64,000 bases of DNA from a virus, in IMG/VR virus record IMGVR_UViG_3300034418_006037, positions 25,218-89,217 of that record; one strand, written 5' to 3'. This document shows positions 36,341-50,500 of this stretch, one piece after another. The translations under genes were made by a program, and so were the position numbers. How positions within the stretch are numbered: position 1 is the first letter of the stretch; each line of letters begins with the position of its first letter. Below the pieces are notes generated by a model. The model saw nothing but the letters and a program-made list of their open reading frames with translations, had not been told where the DNA came from and did no database searches.

Positions 36341-38514
36341 GAAGAAAAAGAGCACAATTTGGTCAGGTCGTAAGTGGGTACGTAGATCCTACTCCAGAAG
36401 GTCTTGATAAAGCGTATGATAGACATATGGATAACCTCCTTATGAATGCAGCTATTAGAACAGAAGCTAACCAATTGAATTCTGCTCCTTTTGAAGGAGA
36501 CAGAGAAGCTCGTAGGCAGCTCTTGGATAATACTGACAGAGCTCTTACTTCAATAACAGACAGTGCATCTTCTAATTATGGTAACCTGTCTAATATGACA
36601 GCTGCTGTCACTAGAGCTTCTGCTGAGTATCAAAAAGGTTCTCAACCTATAAAGCAGAACTTAGAAAACTATACTGCTTATAAGAGCGAGCTAGATGAGC
36701 TGCTAAAAAACAAGAGGATAGACGCAGAAGACTACGAAGGTAGTTTAGATCTATCTACGCTCGGATACAATGGATTCTCCTACGACGAAGCAGGTAACGC
36801 AATCAATATGTTTGAGGGTGTAAAAGCTTGGCAAATACCTGACATACAAAATCGTATCCGCCAGGCTTTGCAAGGGCTTAAGCCTGACTCTGTAATAACG
36901 TCGAATACTATACTTGGAGGTGAACAAGATGGTATGGTTACACTTAAGACTGCCTCAGGCACTACACAAGTAAGTGAAGAGAAAGTAAGAGCAGCTCTTC
37001 AGGGAGTCATGAACGATCCTGAGGTTCTTGGATACTACGGAAGGAAAGGAGAAATTAAAGCGGCTCGTATGGATGAGCCAAACCTTAGACAGGAAATTGC
37101 TAGGATGATGGATGATGAGTCTAAGTCTTCCAATCCTGATCCGGAGAAAGTTGGTAGACTTTCTCAAGCTTTAGAGGCAGGAAATATAGAGGAGATGCGG
37201 CAAATTGTTTCAGATGACATTAGAGACAATATACTTGGGACAATAACTGATGGAGCAGTAGAAGGAAACTCCTTCAGACAAACATCAAACACCACAGACA
37301 GATCTTATGATGAGTTGTGGATGACAAACTACAAGCAGAAACTTGCAGATGAGTCTTGGAAAATGCGTCAAGATTATGAAGCTGCACAAGCTGCAAAAAC
37401 TGCAAAGACAACTGAGCCTGTAACGCCTAGTCAGCCCGGATTTGTAATCACAGAGGATGGAATAGTATATAGAAGAAGAGGAGGTGAATATGCTGGAGAG
37501 CTGCATAATGAAATAACTGCAGTTGAGGCAGAGCTTGAAGAGCTTCTTACTCTGTACGAAAATCCTCAGAATCAATTATCAGCTGAGGGAAGGGAATCTC
37601 TGGAGAGGCAAATAGAAGATAAAGCTACAGAAGCCAGGATGTTAAACATTACATTCCAAGATTTGTACAAGGACACACCACAAAATTTGCTAGACAATGA
37701 TTCAGAGTGGGAAGCATTGCAGGAAGATGAACCATTTTCGTTTACTGGAGTAGGTGCTGCGGGTGGAGTTGGGATTTTACAGACATTGCGCCGTCAAAAC
37801 AAACAAAAACGGGAAAAAAGAGACTTCTTGATGCAAGAAGAATATGCATCACCTGTGGGTGAAAGCACTGTCATATCAACTACATACGTAGATCCTATGA
37901 GCCTTGGTTTGACTAAAGCGCAAGCTGATCAAATGGATGCTTTCTTTGAGGCAGGTATCAAGCCTACTCAAATGGTTTTAGATCCTGTTACAGGCCAAAC
38001 TATAACATATAAAGAATGGAAGGCCGGCAAAGATGCAAATGGTGATCGTAGACCTCAAGACCTTGTAGTTAAAGATGTTGCAGTATCTTACTCTGCACCT
38101 ATAGGAGGTCAACCTACAGTAAGACTTTCTATGGCAAATAAAGATGGTCAAAGTGCATCACTTCTTGTTCCTGTAGGAAAAGGAAGTTACTTCGACATCC
38201 CTGGACTAAGCCAGTATTATGATAATCCAGGAGCTAAACTGGTAAGCGAGTTGCTTACTTATAAGCATGAGGGTCTTACAGACATAGATATGAACGATGG
38301 TCTAAAATGGGTGGGAGAATTCACAACAAATCCCAGCGATCCAGCTGCTCCAAAAGTTCAGCAAGGCGGCTATATAACTGCTGATCTTACTACATCAGAA
38401 GGAGGGACTATAAGCATATACAACGCGCAAGGAGAACTTATTAATACTGTAGGCTTGCTTGATCCTAGATTACAGACCTTTGCAAAACTCTACAACATAA
38501 AACTTACTATATAA
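36337..38514 (+). CDS. Capsid cargo / ejection protein 2-like
   Basis: 725 aa, helical, directly upstream of the virion RNAP as in Crassvirales. Confidence 0.6.
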   Translation: MRRKRAQFGQVVSGYVDPTPEGLDKAYDRHMDNLLMNAAIRTEANQLNSAPFEGDREARRQLLDNTDRALTSITDSASSNYGNLSNMTAAVTRASAEYQKGSQPIKQNLENYTAYKSELDELLKNKRIDAEDYEGSLDLSTLGYNGFSYDEAGNAINMFEGVKAWQIPDIQNRIRQALQGLKPDSVITSNTILGGEQDGMVTLKTASGTTQVSEEKVRAALQGVMNDPEVLGYYGRKGEIKAARMDEPNLRQEIARMMDDESKSSNPDPEKVGRLSQALEAGNIEEMRQIVSDDIRDNILGTITDGAVEGNSFRQTSNTTDRSYDELWMTNYKQKLADESWKMRQDYEAAQAAKTAKTTEPVTPSQPGFVITEDGIVYRRRGGEYAGELHNEITAVEAELEELLTLYENPQNQLSAEGRESLERQIEDKATEARMLNITFQDLYKDTPQNLLDNDSEWEALQEDEPFSFTGVGAAGGVGILQTLRRQNKQKREKRDFLMQEEYASPVGESTVISTTYVDPMSLGLTKAQADQMDAFFEAGIKPTQMVLDPVTGQTITYKEWKAGKDANGDRRPQDLVVKDVAVSYSAPIGGQPTVRLSMANKDGQSASLLVPVGKGSYFDIPGLSQYYDNPGAKLVSELLTYKHEGLTDIDMNDGLKWVGEFTTNPSDPAAPKVQQGGYITADLTTSEGGTISIYNAQGELINTVGLLDPRLQTFAKLYNIKLTI

Positions 38515-41500
38515 TGTCTGAAAAGGTTATAGATCCTTTCACAGGGCTAGAGGTTGTCAAGTCTGGTGTTGTAGACCCTTTCACAGGGCTTAGCTATGAC
38601 ACTGCACCTGTTAAAGATGATACTCCTATCATGCCATCATCTACTGAGATGTTTCTTGATGGGGATCCAAATAGTTATCTAAGCTATGGTGTGCCTGTTC
38701 TTCCTGGGTTAGACATTGATGAGATGCGTGCTCAGCGTCAGTCTCGTGCAGAGAAGTGGGGCAGAGGATTGATGAAAGCTGGTGTTACTACCGCAATGGC
38801 TTTTACTGAAAACACTCTTGGAGCGCTCAACGGTATAGGTGAAGCTATTTATTACAGGGACTGGACAAAGCTTGCAGACAATACTACAGGTAGAGCAGTA
38901 GACAGCGTTAACGCTTGGATGCAAGACAACTTTAGAAACTATTACACCAAAGAAGAACAGGAAGCGATAGGACTTGAGAATCTTGGATACGCAAACTTCT
39001 GGGGAGATAAAGCTGCTAACGGTCTTGGGTATGCTGTAGCTAGTGTAGCAAGTCTATATGCTACTGGTGGAGTAGGAATAGTTACTAGAGGATTAGGATT
39101 GGCTGCAAAAGGAGCTAAGGCTGCTGTAGGTGCTGCAGCTGCTACAAAGGCCGGGAGTAGAGCAGCTGGTATTTATAGAGCTTCTAAAGCTATTGCTACT
39201 GCTGAAAAGCTGTACAAAACTGCTTCAAGTTCAGCTAAAGTTAGGAGGGGTATAAGTGCTGCTAAGCAAGCTGAGGTAGGTATAAGTATGTCTCATGCAG
39301 AAGCTGCAGTAGAAGCCAGAGAAGCACTGAAGCACGCAGAAGAAACAATGCTAGATCAGATAGCTGCGGAGAAAGGAGTTGACCGTATGCAGCTGAGTCA
39401 GAGCGATAGAGAAAGAGCTAGAGAAGAAGCCAGCAAGATTGGTAATGCTGTGTATGCTTCTAACATGGCGGTACTTGCACCTACAAATCTTGCCATGTTT
39501 GGGGGGCTGTTTAAATCTAAATTCAAAGCATCAAGATCTAGTCTTAGTGGCTTTACTAAAGATGCAAAGTCTAAGCAGTGGTTGGACATGTGGTCTGCTG
39601 ACAATGCAAAAGCTTGGCAAAGAACTGCTTCTAGGTATTTGCAGAATCCTGCAAAAGACGCAGTTACTGAGGCTTTTCAGGAAGGAACCCAATTTGCAAT
39701 TGGACAGGCTGCGGGCGCCGCTGCAGAAGGTGAAGGCTATAGCAGTGTTCTTGATTGGTTAGGTGCTATAGGTGAAGGAGGTAACGAGATACTCAAAGGA
39801 GATAAAGAAGGTATCGAATCCGTTCTGCTTGGTGCTATTATCGGGGGATTCATGGGTGGTGTTCAATCCGGGATATCTCGTTATGGAAAAACAGAGGAAG
39901 ATGCTCAGCGTAAAAAAGTACTGGATAGACTCAACAGCCCTACCCTATATAAGGTTGTGGATAACGCTGAGTTTGCTAAGAACCAGGAGACTATTCTAAA
40001 AAAGATGCAAGACTCATTGGAGTCTGGGGATCACAAAGGTTACAGAGATGCTCAGCTAGAGCTGATCCAAGAGAACGTTCTTTTCCATGAACGCAATGGT
40101 AGCATAGACATGTTCATGGAAAGAATAGATGATGCTAAGTATATGGAGAAAGAGGAGTTTGCAAAGGCTTTTGGGCTTCCTGAGAACTCTGACTTTGACC
40201 ATAAACAGATAGTTTCTGATCTAACGCAGGACGTTAAAAACCTAGTCCAGATAAAAAGAGAGCTTGATGCTATTGCTCCAGGTCAAGAAACAACTGGTCT
40301 TCCTAGGCTACTTACATCTAAGGATGTACTTGAAGAGGAAAAGGACAGACTAACTGAAGAGTACCATATGAAAGACTTCCTTGTCAGGAATAAGAGCAGA
40401 TTGCTTGATGCTGACGGAAGGATATCTAAGATGCGTGCTGAGCTTATGGATCTGTTCAATCCTTTGAGCAAGGAAGAAAGAGCAGTTGCAGAGAGAACTA
40501 TTAAGAGGCTTACGTACAACTCTAGTAAAATTCGTAGACTCCAGAAGAAAGAAAGGGAGCAAGGACTTTCCGAGGGGGAGAAGGAACAGCTAGCTTCTTT
40601 GCTTGCAGAAGTAGACCGTAATGAAGCTGCACTAGAGGCGGAAGAAGTAACCGATGATCAATTAGGAGCAGACAAGCAGAGCTATAAAGAAAGGCTTATA
40701 AAGCCCAAGGAAGAGAGGGAGGATAAAGTAGAGCCGCTTTCTCCTGAACTTAGAGAAGCTCTTAATAATATAACTAAGAGTATATCAGATCCTTCTGACA
40801 GGCTAAAGGCAGAAGAACTAGCTAGGGATATATCTAGACTGGCAGGAGACAGAACGCAAGCAGCGTATGCACTGAACGAACTTCTTAGCAATCCGGAAAG
40901 AAGAGCGGGTTACATAAGAAGGCAGATGAAAACTAAAGAAGAGGCTGCTCAGAAGGAAATTGATAAGTACGCTGATAATTCTATTGCTAGCACTACAACT
41001 TCTGCAGAGCTCTACGATCTTGGGATACTAGCTAAAGATAAAGGCGTATCTCCTGCTGCTCGAAAGAAGCTAAACGACGAGTACAAGAGGAGGCAAGAAA
41101 ACGAAGAGGTTGTAGCTGTAAGACTAAACCTTGAAGACCTACCTGTTCTTAAGAAGAAAAAACAAGAACTTGAGGCTAAGAAAGAGAAGGAGGAACTTAC
41201 ACCTGAAGAGAAAATAGAACTATTTGTACTAGATACTATAATACCTAGTAGAGAAGCTCTAGGAGAGCAAGGTATAGAAGGCAATAGAAGTAGGCAGAAA
41301 AAGGCTCAGGAAGCAGCTAGGAAGAAAGCGGAGGAGGAAGCAGCGGCAAGGGCTGCTGCGGATGCAAAAAAAGAAGCAGACAAAGCCAATCAAACTAACG
41401 ACTCTTCTACAAACAACACTACTAATCCAGATAATGATGGGTCAAGAAATCCTAGATCCCCATCACCATTTCAAAGTGAACTGTACATCGTAAATGGTGA

Positions 41501-44500
41501 GTTCCAACTTAAAGACATAACCACTGATAAGAACGGTAATACCATAAGACGTAAAGCGGTTGTCTTTAAAAATGGTGAGCCAGTACCGGGTACTGATGTT
41601 GATCCTGCACATCCAAGAACGATAGATAGAGGCTTCTTAAAGACAGAGGAGGGGTACAAGGAAGTCATGGAAAAGGGCGTGGAGTTTGAACACGTTCGCA
41701 GCACTAAGGACAATAAGAACCTAGAGTATATATATGTAAAGCTTGCGGGCACAAATACATACTTGGGCTTCCTTCCCAATCCTATGAGCCAAGGTTCTAA
41801 AACTAGTAACCTGCTTATGGAACTTATTGCTGGTAATAAGGTAACAGCTAAAGTAAACACCATAGAGTATGCTGGAAAAGGCAACTTCCTTGCTGAGACT
41901 AATGATCAAGGAGAGCCTGTCTTTAAGCCTGTCTCTGAGGTACTAGGTGAAGACGTTCCTCCTAGTTTTGTAGGGTTAGGTATTGTACAAAAAGACAATA
42001 TCACTGTAATAGCTCAGAACAAGTCTGATCAGGAAATAAACGAAGCTCAGGAGAATCTCAATTTGAGAAGAGATTCAATGGAACTTACTGCAGGACAAGT
42101 TGTTATGGTAGTAAAGCTCCCTAACGGAGATTACACTGCTCTTACTACTAGTACTAAAACTCTAGGTGAAGAGGGCTACGGAAGACTTGTAGATATAATT
42201 GCCAAGAAAGGTGAGGGCAATACCGTGTCTGAGATTAAGGCTCTTCTTGGTATACCTAATAACTGGATACAAGGTAAGACTTCATTCTTTGTAACACAGC
42301 TTAAGAACTCAGGAAAAGTAATATTCAATTTTGAGCATAAAGGTGCAATCATAGGCATGTCTTATGATGAAGTATCTGGTATGCTTGAAAGTGGGGCACC
42401 TAAGTTTTTCAGCTATGGTAAGATGGTTGAAGAAACAACTGATGAGGGTGATGTTGTAACTGTATTTGAGAGAGAAAAGCCTAAGAAGGAAGGGGGCAAT
42501 GCGTCAACTGCTGAATATCAGAGACTTAAGGAGGGGATGCTAGAGTCTTTCAAAGCTGCTGCTATGAACTCAAGAGTTCAGGTTAGCAAAAAGGCACTGC
42601 AAGAACTAGAGGGGGCGTATACAGATCCTGTAACAGGAAAGACTTATGCTTCCTACCAAGAATTTGCTATTAAGGAACTGCTTACTACAAGTAATAGGTT
42701 TCACAAAGGGCTTCCAACGTACGACCACAGAGTTTCTATGTCTGTTAATGTGCAGGAAGGAGCTAATACTTCGGAGACTACCGGTAGCAGCGGCAGGGTA
42801 AAACCCGAAAACACCGAAGGTAAAAAGAAGAATACCACTAAGAAAAGAAAAGGTGGAGCTGGAACAAAGCACAACTTCGGAGAGCCTACCAACACAGAAC
42901 CTACTAGTAACGAAACAAAATTTAATCCTAGTAATGCTGTAGCTCTGACTCCTGAAGAGGAAGCAGAACTTATGGCTTCTATAACAGGTGAGGGGACTAC
43001 TGCAGAACCACCAAGCAAAGATGACACCAGTGGTGCCGACCGGCAAACTCGAGATCATCGGCTACGGCAAGAGCGTGAGGCAGTGTTACAGCAAAGTGAC
43101 ACTATTCCGGAGGGTGATTACATCAAGGGTAAGACAGGAGAGAAGACCAAGGATGTACTCACGCGCTATGTCAGAGGTTATCTGGAAGAGGTACTTACAC
43201 TAGACATCAAAACAGCTAGTTATGATGCTATGTCGAAGAATTTAGTTTTGACTTTGCAGCCGGGGGACACAGAACTGGAAGTGCGCGTGCCCATGCATGG
43301 TATGGTCTTGGGCGGTTCCGTAATATTAGACGTTGACACCAAGCAGGTAATCAATGCATATTTTGATGCAATTGAAAAGGCTGGAGGAGCCGACGTTGCT
43401 GGTATAGTAAGTGAAGAAGAAGCTCGGCAACTAGAGGAGGGCATAAAGAATGCTTATGAACTTCTAAATGAAGCAATAGAAGTTGCAGACTATGAGGGTA
43501 TCAAGTATCAAAAAGAATATATAGAAGCTGCCAAGGCTAAATGGCAAAAGCTTTTTAATACTCCTTATGATGAGTATGTCAAGTCTAACACAAGTAGACA
43601 AAGTTTAGCTGGAGAGACTGACGCAGCGTTTGCAGCTGAGGAAGCCGGAATGGGTGCCGTTGAAGATGCCTTCGTAGATGGATTCCAGCCAGATGAAGAA
43701 GCTGGTGTACCTTTTGTATGGGAAGGAAATGAGTTTAGAATCTTTACTGCAGACGAGATTGAAATTGTATCAGCTACTAAAGAGTTTGTAGCAGATCAAG
43801 GCAAGCTCGGTGTGGATATATACAATGGTCGTAGCTTCTCTTTTGCATCGTCATTTAAAACCTTTCCTCAAGGTCTTAAAGACGAGATAAAGAGAATAGG
43901 AGACCAGAACGCAAGCGATGTTAGCGATGTTCCTTTTAGTCTTAAGGATTCTACTACAGGAGAAGTAAGTATTGACACTTTCTTCTTTGTAAGCGGGCTA
44001 CACCCAAATGGGGAAGTTGGGTACGCCGTTGCCAACTATGATTCATCAAAATTAAGTGAAGACAATCGTAGGTTCCTAGCACAATATTTGACTACTGAGA
44101 CGAATATACCTGATGGTAAGAATATGGCGGTTAAGCAACTAAGGGAAAATATGCACGCCGTATACATAGCAAATGAAATTCCATTTGCAGAGTTGATGAA
44201 AGCCCCTAATGGAGGCGTAAGGACTGGTAGAGGTGGAAGAATGGGTGTAACATTCCTTATGAAATCCAGTCCTACACCGGAGACATTAGATGCTTTAAAG
44301 AAAAGAGCTGATCTTCTGTTTACCAGGTCTATAGAAAACATAAACAACAAACAATACGTCGAAGACCTTCGTATTAAGGTAAACGGAAAAATACAGGTAG
44401 GACCTCCTAGCTATAGCCTTAAGTCTCCAAGTACTCCTAAGAGGGGTAAAATGGAACAAACTCAAGCTGTGTCATGGCTCAGAGCGAGGTTTGGTAAAGA

Positions 44501-47500
44501 CTCAGTGAGTATTTACACCAACATGAAAAAGGTTGGTAGCGCTGTTGTCCATGGATATATGGAGAATGCAGCTGTTCACTTGTGGTCTAATGCTGAAGTA
44601 GGTACTGAGTACCATGAAGGATATCACTTGTTCTTTAGAACATTGCTTAACGATAAGCAGAGAGAAGCCATATACCTGGACGCACTTGCAGAGTTTGGTG
44701 AACCTACAGCTGAAGATATAGAAAAAGCTAAAAGAGGCCAACTTAATATTACCAACAAGGAGGCGCGTCTGCTTGCCTTGGAGGAGAAAATGGCTGACGC
44801 TTTCCGTGACTATGTTTTGTCTCAGAAAGCCCCTAAGAGTTTTGGGCAAAGACTGGTTAAGTTCTTCAAAGATCTGTATGCATACATAAAAGCATTTGCA
44901 GGTAAGCCTGTTGCTATGAGGCAAGCGTTTAGGCTTATAGAGTCTAACCGCATACCGGCATCTTATAGTAGAACTGCACAGGCGTTTTCACCGGGAGCTG
45001 CGTTCATGATGAAGCAGTATGCTGCTGACCCTCAAACTTTTAGAGAGCTTAGAGATATAGCTATATACAAAGCTCTAAATGAAGTCAGTGCAAGTGGGGC
45101 AAACATGCAAGACTTGCTAGGTAGCCCTGAGACAGCAAATGTCAAGGGTGGAGATTCTACTATACGTAACTGGTTCTTGAGATCTGCTTTTCATAAAGAC
45201 AGCCCGGATATTATGACGGGTGGTAGAACTAGAGAACCAATTTCAGATAGGGAGTTCGGAGCATTGCAGAGAGCATATGATGATCCTCAGCAGTTCCAAG
45301 CTGTACTCAGTGACTATAATATTAAACTGGGTGCTCCAGAGTTTACCCATGATGGGGAAGTTATGCCTTCACAGATGATTGGGGAAGAAGCTGCAGATAA
45401 TGCACAGCTTTTCCTAGAGGTCTATGAGCATTGGCATGACAAACGCGGAGAGCTCGGAGGTGTCAATGTAAGAGGATTCCGTACAGACATAAGAGATCGT
45501 CTTCGTGATTACGGTTTCAAAATTTATGACTCCGAACAAGCTAGAGAAAGAGGAGAAGTAAATGACAAGGAAGAAGGAGCTGACAGAAACTACTCTGTGT
45601 CTTACGCTCAAACTGACCCAGCCGCTGCTCTTGGGGATAAGGCTAGGAGAGTACTGTCCAGAATACCTGTGAAATCAACATCTGAATCTTACTTCGGGTT
45701 TGAAACTTATATGCCTATAGAGGACATATATCATGAGATACAAACTGCTGTAGTTGGAAGTGAAAGCTATGTAGATATGATGGAGAAGCTCAAGAGCAGA
45801 TCTTCCAATATCAGTAGCCTTACTGCAGTTTATGACTTTATCCAAAATCTGTCTACTCCGGAGAAAGCCCTTCTGTATAGTGTATTTTCACAAGCTATGA
45901 CACCGTACAAAATGATTGTCGTAGAGAGCAGCTCATCCTCACAGCCTGGTAAACCTAGGAAAGTAGTCAAGATTATAGACAGTAGTTCTAAGAGTATTGA
46001 GAGATATTTTACTGCTAAGTGGGCAGAACAAGCTACTTCTGTGGCAGGAATATATAAGGTGAGCGTTAGTGAGGACGGAGACATTCTAGATATACAAGCA
46101 AACCAAGCAAGGTTGGGTAAAGCTCTTAAGCACTACAAGAATATTGTAGACTTAAAAGGTACCGGAGATAGATCCTATGAGGAGCTGGCTGACATGTTGT
46201 TAGCTCTTGGAATTAATATAGCAAAGGACCGAGAAACTGCTGCTAGGAGAGTTAAAGAAGCCTTGCAGATGGAAGGCATATCGGTAAGCAACTTCATCAA
46301 AAGGCCAAACACAAACCTCAAGGATATTATGGAGAACCCCAACAAGCTAGGTAAGCTGGGGAAAGCCAACTATCCTAACATATTCCAGACGGAGAGTACC
46401 ACTATGGCTACTATATCCAAGGTTATAATGTCTAAGTTCGAAGCTCCTGTGGCAGCATCGTTCTTTAACGGCCTTGGTAATTTGATATTCCCAATCAATC
46501 TTAAGAACGATATGAACATCACGTCTGAGATGGTAAAAGACGTGAGCAGTGAAGGCCTTCAGGCTATCATGGAAGGTGAAGAAGGTAGCAAAGGAACCGT
46601 TGGAAGTTACATAAGAGGTAAAGATCGTCAGGGTAATGAGGTAGTTTACAACAGCTTGGCGCATATGATGATATCTACTAAAGCTGGTAAGGAAAGCTTT
46701 GAGATAGTAGACATAGACTCTAAGCGTGAGGGAGATGAGAGAGCTGTAGAATATGACAACTTTGACTATAACGAGGGTCTTTCAGTAGACCTTATAATGT
46801 TTGGGTCTAGCAAAGACAAGAAGTATATAGCTATTGATACTCAGGGAGATAGAAGCAAGTTGTCTTATATGGCCATAGACAACATTCTTAATTCTAGTGT
46901 ACGATCAAGCACTGGTTTCCAAGTCTTAGGTGATAACCCTTTAGAAGCTGCTATTGAAAGGACTTATTTGCTTGATCTGCACAGAATACGAGTAGCAGAG
47001 AAAACTATAGAAAGTACGCCTGACAAAGACCTCATAGCAGGTTACCATGATGGTAGATACAAAGCTCTGCAATTTGGGGGAGAGTATAGAGATACAACTA
47101 ACATAGCACATGATGCTTACCTCCATATGGAGATGGGCAAGCCTATGACAAAAGAACTTAAAAAAGCTGTCAAAGAATATGTAGCTGAGGTAGTTAATAG
47201 GATGGAAACCACCTACTTAGAGGAGATACTTAAAGAAGTTGGGGGAGAAGAGAGGCTAAGGCTTCTGGTTGCTAACAGTGTACAGCCAGGTAATGGTTAT
47301 GTTGTAGGTAAGGAAATAGAATTTGTCAAGGACTACATAAAGATGAATGTAGTTGGACGAGTTATTAGTAGAGAGCTTCTGCGGAATGGTGTGCACTTTA
47401 CAAGTGGTGGCGCTAACTACAATAAACGTTCGCATTTGTCTGGTACCCCTGGTAGACAGTTCTTCACTTTGAGCATGAATATGGATGGTACAGACTATGG

Positions 47501-50500
47501 TATGCTAGATGAGTTCCGAGAGATAACTATAGCAGATAATATATCCAACATGGAGGAGGAAAATCCGGAAGCTTACAAGAGACTGCGCGACGCAATAGCA
47601 GCGCAAAGCACTGAGGAAGCTGCAGATATATTCATGCAGGGTTATAAAAAGTCTAACGGTACCGACGCTCAGGGTATGATAACTATTCATTTCCACAGGC
47701 GTTTGGGACAGGGTCTTGGTTTGTGGACTGCAGTAGATGAGCAGGTATACAAAGAGTACATGTCTAAACCCAAGGGGCAAAGAATTTGGGACGGGGAGAG
47801 ATCACCTATCAGACCTTGGAAAACCTCTTATGACTTTAGAGTTCTCGAAGAGTTTGGAGGATACAATCACCTTATGGCTGTATCTCATAAGAACTCTTAC
47901 GTTGTAATGACAGATGAGCTAGTTGAGGGTGTACCTCAGATGAAAAAGCTCAATGATTGGATGGAATCCAATAACGTACATGTTGCTAACAGTGTGGAAG
48001 CTAAGAAGCTGGGATCGTTCAGAGCGGTCACTGCTGCTAATCTGGAAGAAGCTAGAATACAAACTTTGCCTTCAAGGGGGTTGAAAGTTCCTCAGATTCT
48101 ACCAGAAAAGAATACGCAGAAAACCACCTTTGGTAGACAGCCCCGTAAAAATATGATTGCTAACATCAATCCTACGGAGACTTACTACCTGCGAGATTCC
48201 AACAAGCTTGTAACAGGTAGAGAGCTTATTGATATCTACCAGAAAGCTGTTGTTGCTAAGCTCAACCAAGGGCATGACAAGGTTGTACAAGACTTGGGGT
48301 ACGATGAGGTGATGAATGCTACTACTGAAGCTGAGCAAGTAGCAGCACTTAATAAAATGATACCCAAGCTTAGAGAGCTTCTTACTGAGATAGGTGTTGA
48401 AAAAGATCTGCCTCAGAATATAATGGATGCTCTGGATGTAGTGGCTGATGAGAATGGGGTCGTTACAACTTTGTTGCCAGCGTCTTTCCCCAGCATACAG
48501 CTTAAGCTTGACTCAATAGTTATGAACCTGTTCCGTAAGAACGCCTATCTGATGAAGATGACAGGTGTGGAAATGGTTCAGTTTGGTGAGTACGGAGGAC
48601 ATGAAAAAGATGGGACTCTGAAGTTCTATGATATAGATAATTCCTCAGGTACAGACGTTGTAGTAGGAGCAGAAGTGGACATACGATATGATGTGCTTCA
48701 GGACTTAGGGATAGACCCAGAAGATCCTAACGTTGATATTGATGCAGCTCTTAATAGACTACTTGGCTATCGTGTTCCTCAGCAAGGTAAGTCTTCTACT
48801 CTTATGATGAGGGTTAGGAAGATATTACCTAAGTCTCACCCAGCTGCTGTTAAAGTTCCTCCTGGTGTTACTACCATGATGGGTTCTGACTTCGACGTTG
48901 ACAAGATGTTCGTCATCTTCCCAGAGCTTGAGGTTCAAGAATCTAACCAAAAAGTAAAAGTAACTAAGGTCAGACCTGACTATAACAAACTTACGGGTGC
49001 ATCTCAGGAAGACTTTAATTCTCTGGATTCTAAGGTGATAAACAATATCATCTTTGACACCTTCGAAGCAATTGGTGGGAACATTAATCACATCCATGAG
49101 ACTCTTGCTCCTTTGGACTTACCTGCGGAGCATGACCCAGTAGCTCTTGGACTTCTGAGTATTAGATTCGATCAGCAGACTTTGGATTCTATGACTGTGG
49201 CTGAGAAAAGAGCCGAATCTAAAGTAAAGATTGACATCAATAGTACTTCTGGACGTATTCGAAGTAGTGCGGACAACCAATTGTCAGCTGCACTGCGTGG
49301 TATTTATGCTAACGCCATCGCAGGTCGTAACGTAGCTATTGCTGCTCAGGAAATGAGTGGTGGTCAGCTCTCATGGAAGCCTGATGAATCCGAGTACTTT
49401 GAAGTAGATGGTGTTAGAGTAGGAGAGCTTACTGAAAAAGCTAAGTTCCAAGACTCTATGGGAGTGTTTAGGTTTACAGACTACTACATGTCAAACTACC
49501 TGAGCAAAGCTGTTGACTCTGTTAAGAACCCAATACAAGGACTGATTAACGACAACAGAATAACTGCAGCTCTGACAACCTACATGTTGTCAATAGGCAT
49601 GACTCCAGAACAGGCTATACTGTTCTTGAACGTACCAGTTATTAGGAACAAAGTACAAGAGGCACTTTCTAAAGGTCTTAGCTTGAAGCAGGTAGTTAAG
49701 ATAGGGGCAACTAGAAAAGATCCTGTGAAGCCTGTTCCTATGAAGCTTTCATCTGAAGAAATGAAAGAGATCATACATTCGGATAAGCCTTACGGAGAAA
49801 AAAATTATCTAGACATGCTGATGTTTATGTCTCAGCAAAGCACTAAGCTAGATACTTTGTACAAACTTCTTAGTCCAGATAAGATTGATAAAATTGGAGG
49901 AACAACACAAGCTCACTTGGCACTAATAGATGCTGCATCTAACCAAGATGCTGAAGTCTTTGGGGGTCTAGAATCTCTAAAGATGGTAACTGAAGGAGAT
50001 GCATACCCTATAGTTAGAGCTATGTATGCAGCAATGGAGCGCAGCTTGGATGTAACTACAGCTCTAGGATTTATATCAAGACAGCCTTCAGTGCAGAAGT
50101 TTAAGAAGGACATTAAAAAGATAACCAATAAGGAAGTCTTCAATGCTAACACGCACAGAGACATAAACAAAGCAATACTGCATCATCTAGTGACTAAGCC
50201 TGGGTCGCCTCTCTTTGAGAAAGGACATTTAGATGTGGAGTTTATCTTTCCCACCTTTGTTAGAGGTGATGTAGCTAAGCTTTTAAAAGCTATGCAAGAT
50301 ATTACAGGAGGTACTTCCAACCCTGTAGTAGATGCTTTTAGTATAGCTGAAGAACCTATGCCTAATGGTCAAAAGTTTACTTACCTGCAGGTAGACAAAA
50401 CACAACTTTCTACCAAAGAGCAGAAGGATCAGTTCACCATGACTCTCCAAGGTATGATTGATGACCTTGGTTTGTACGGTGAGGAAAACATTCCTTTCGT

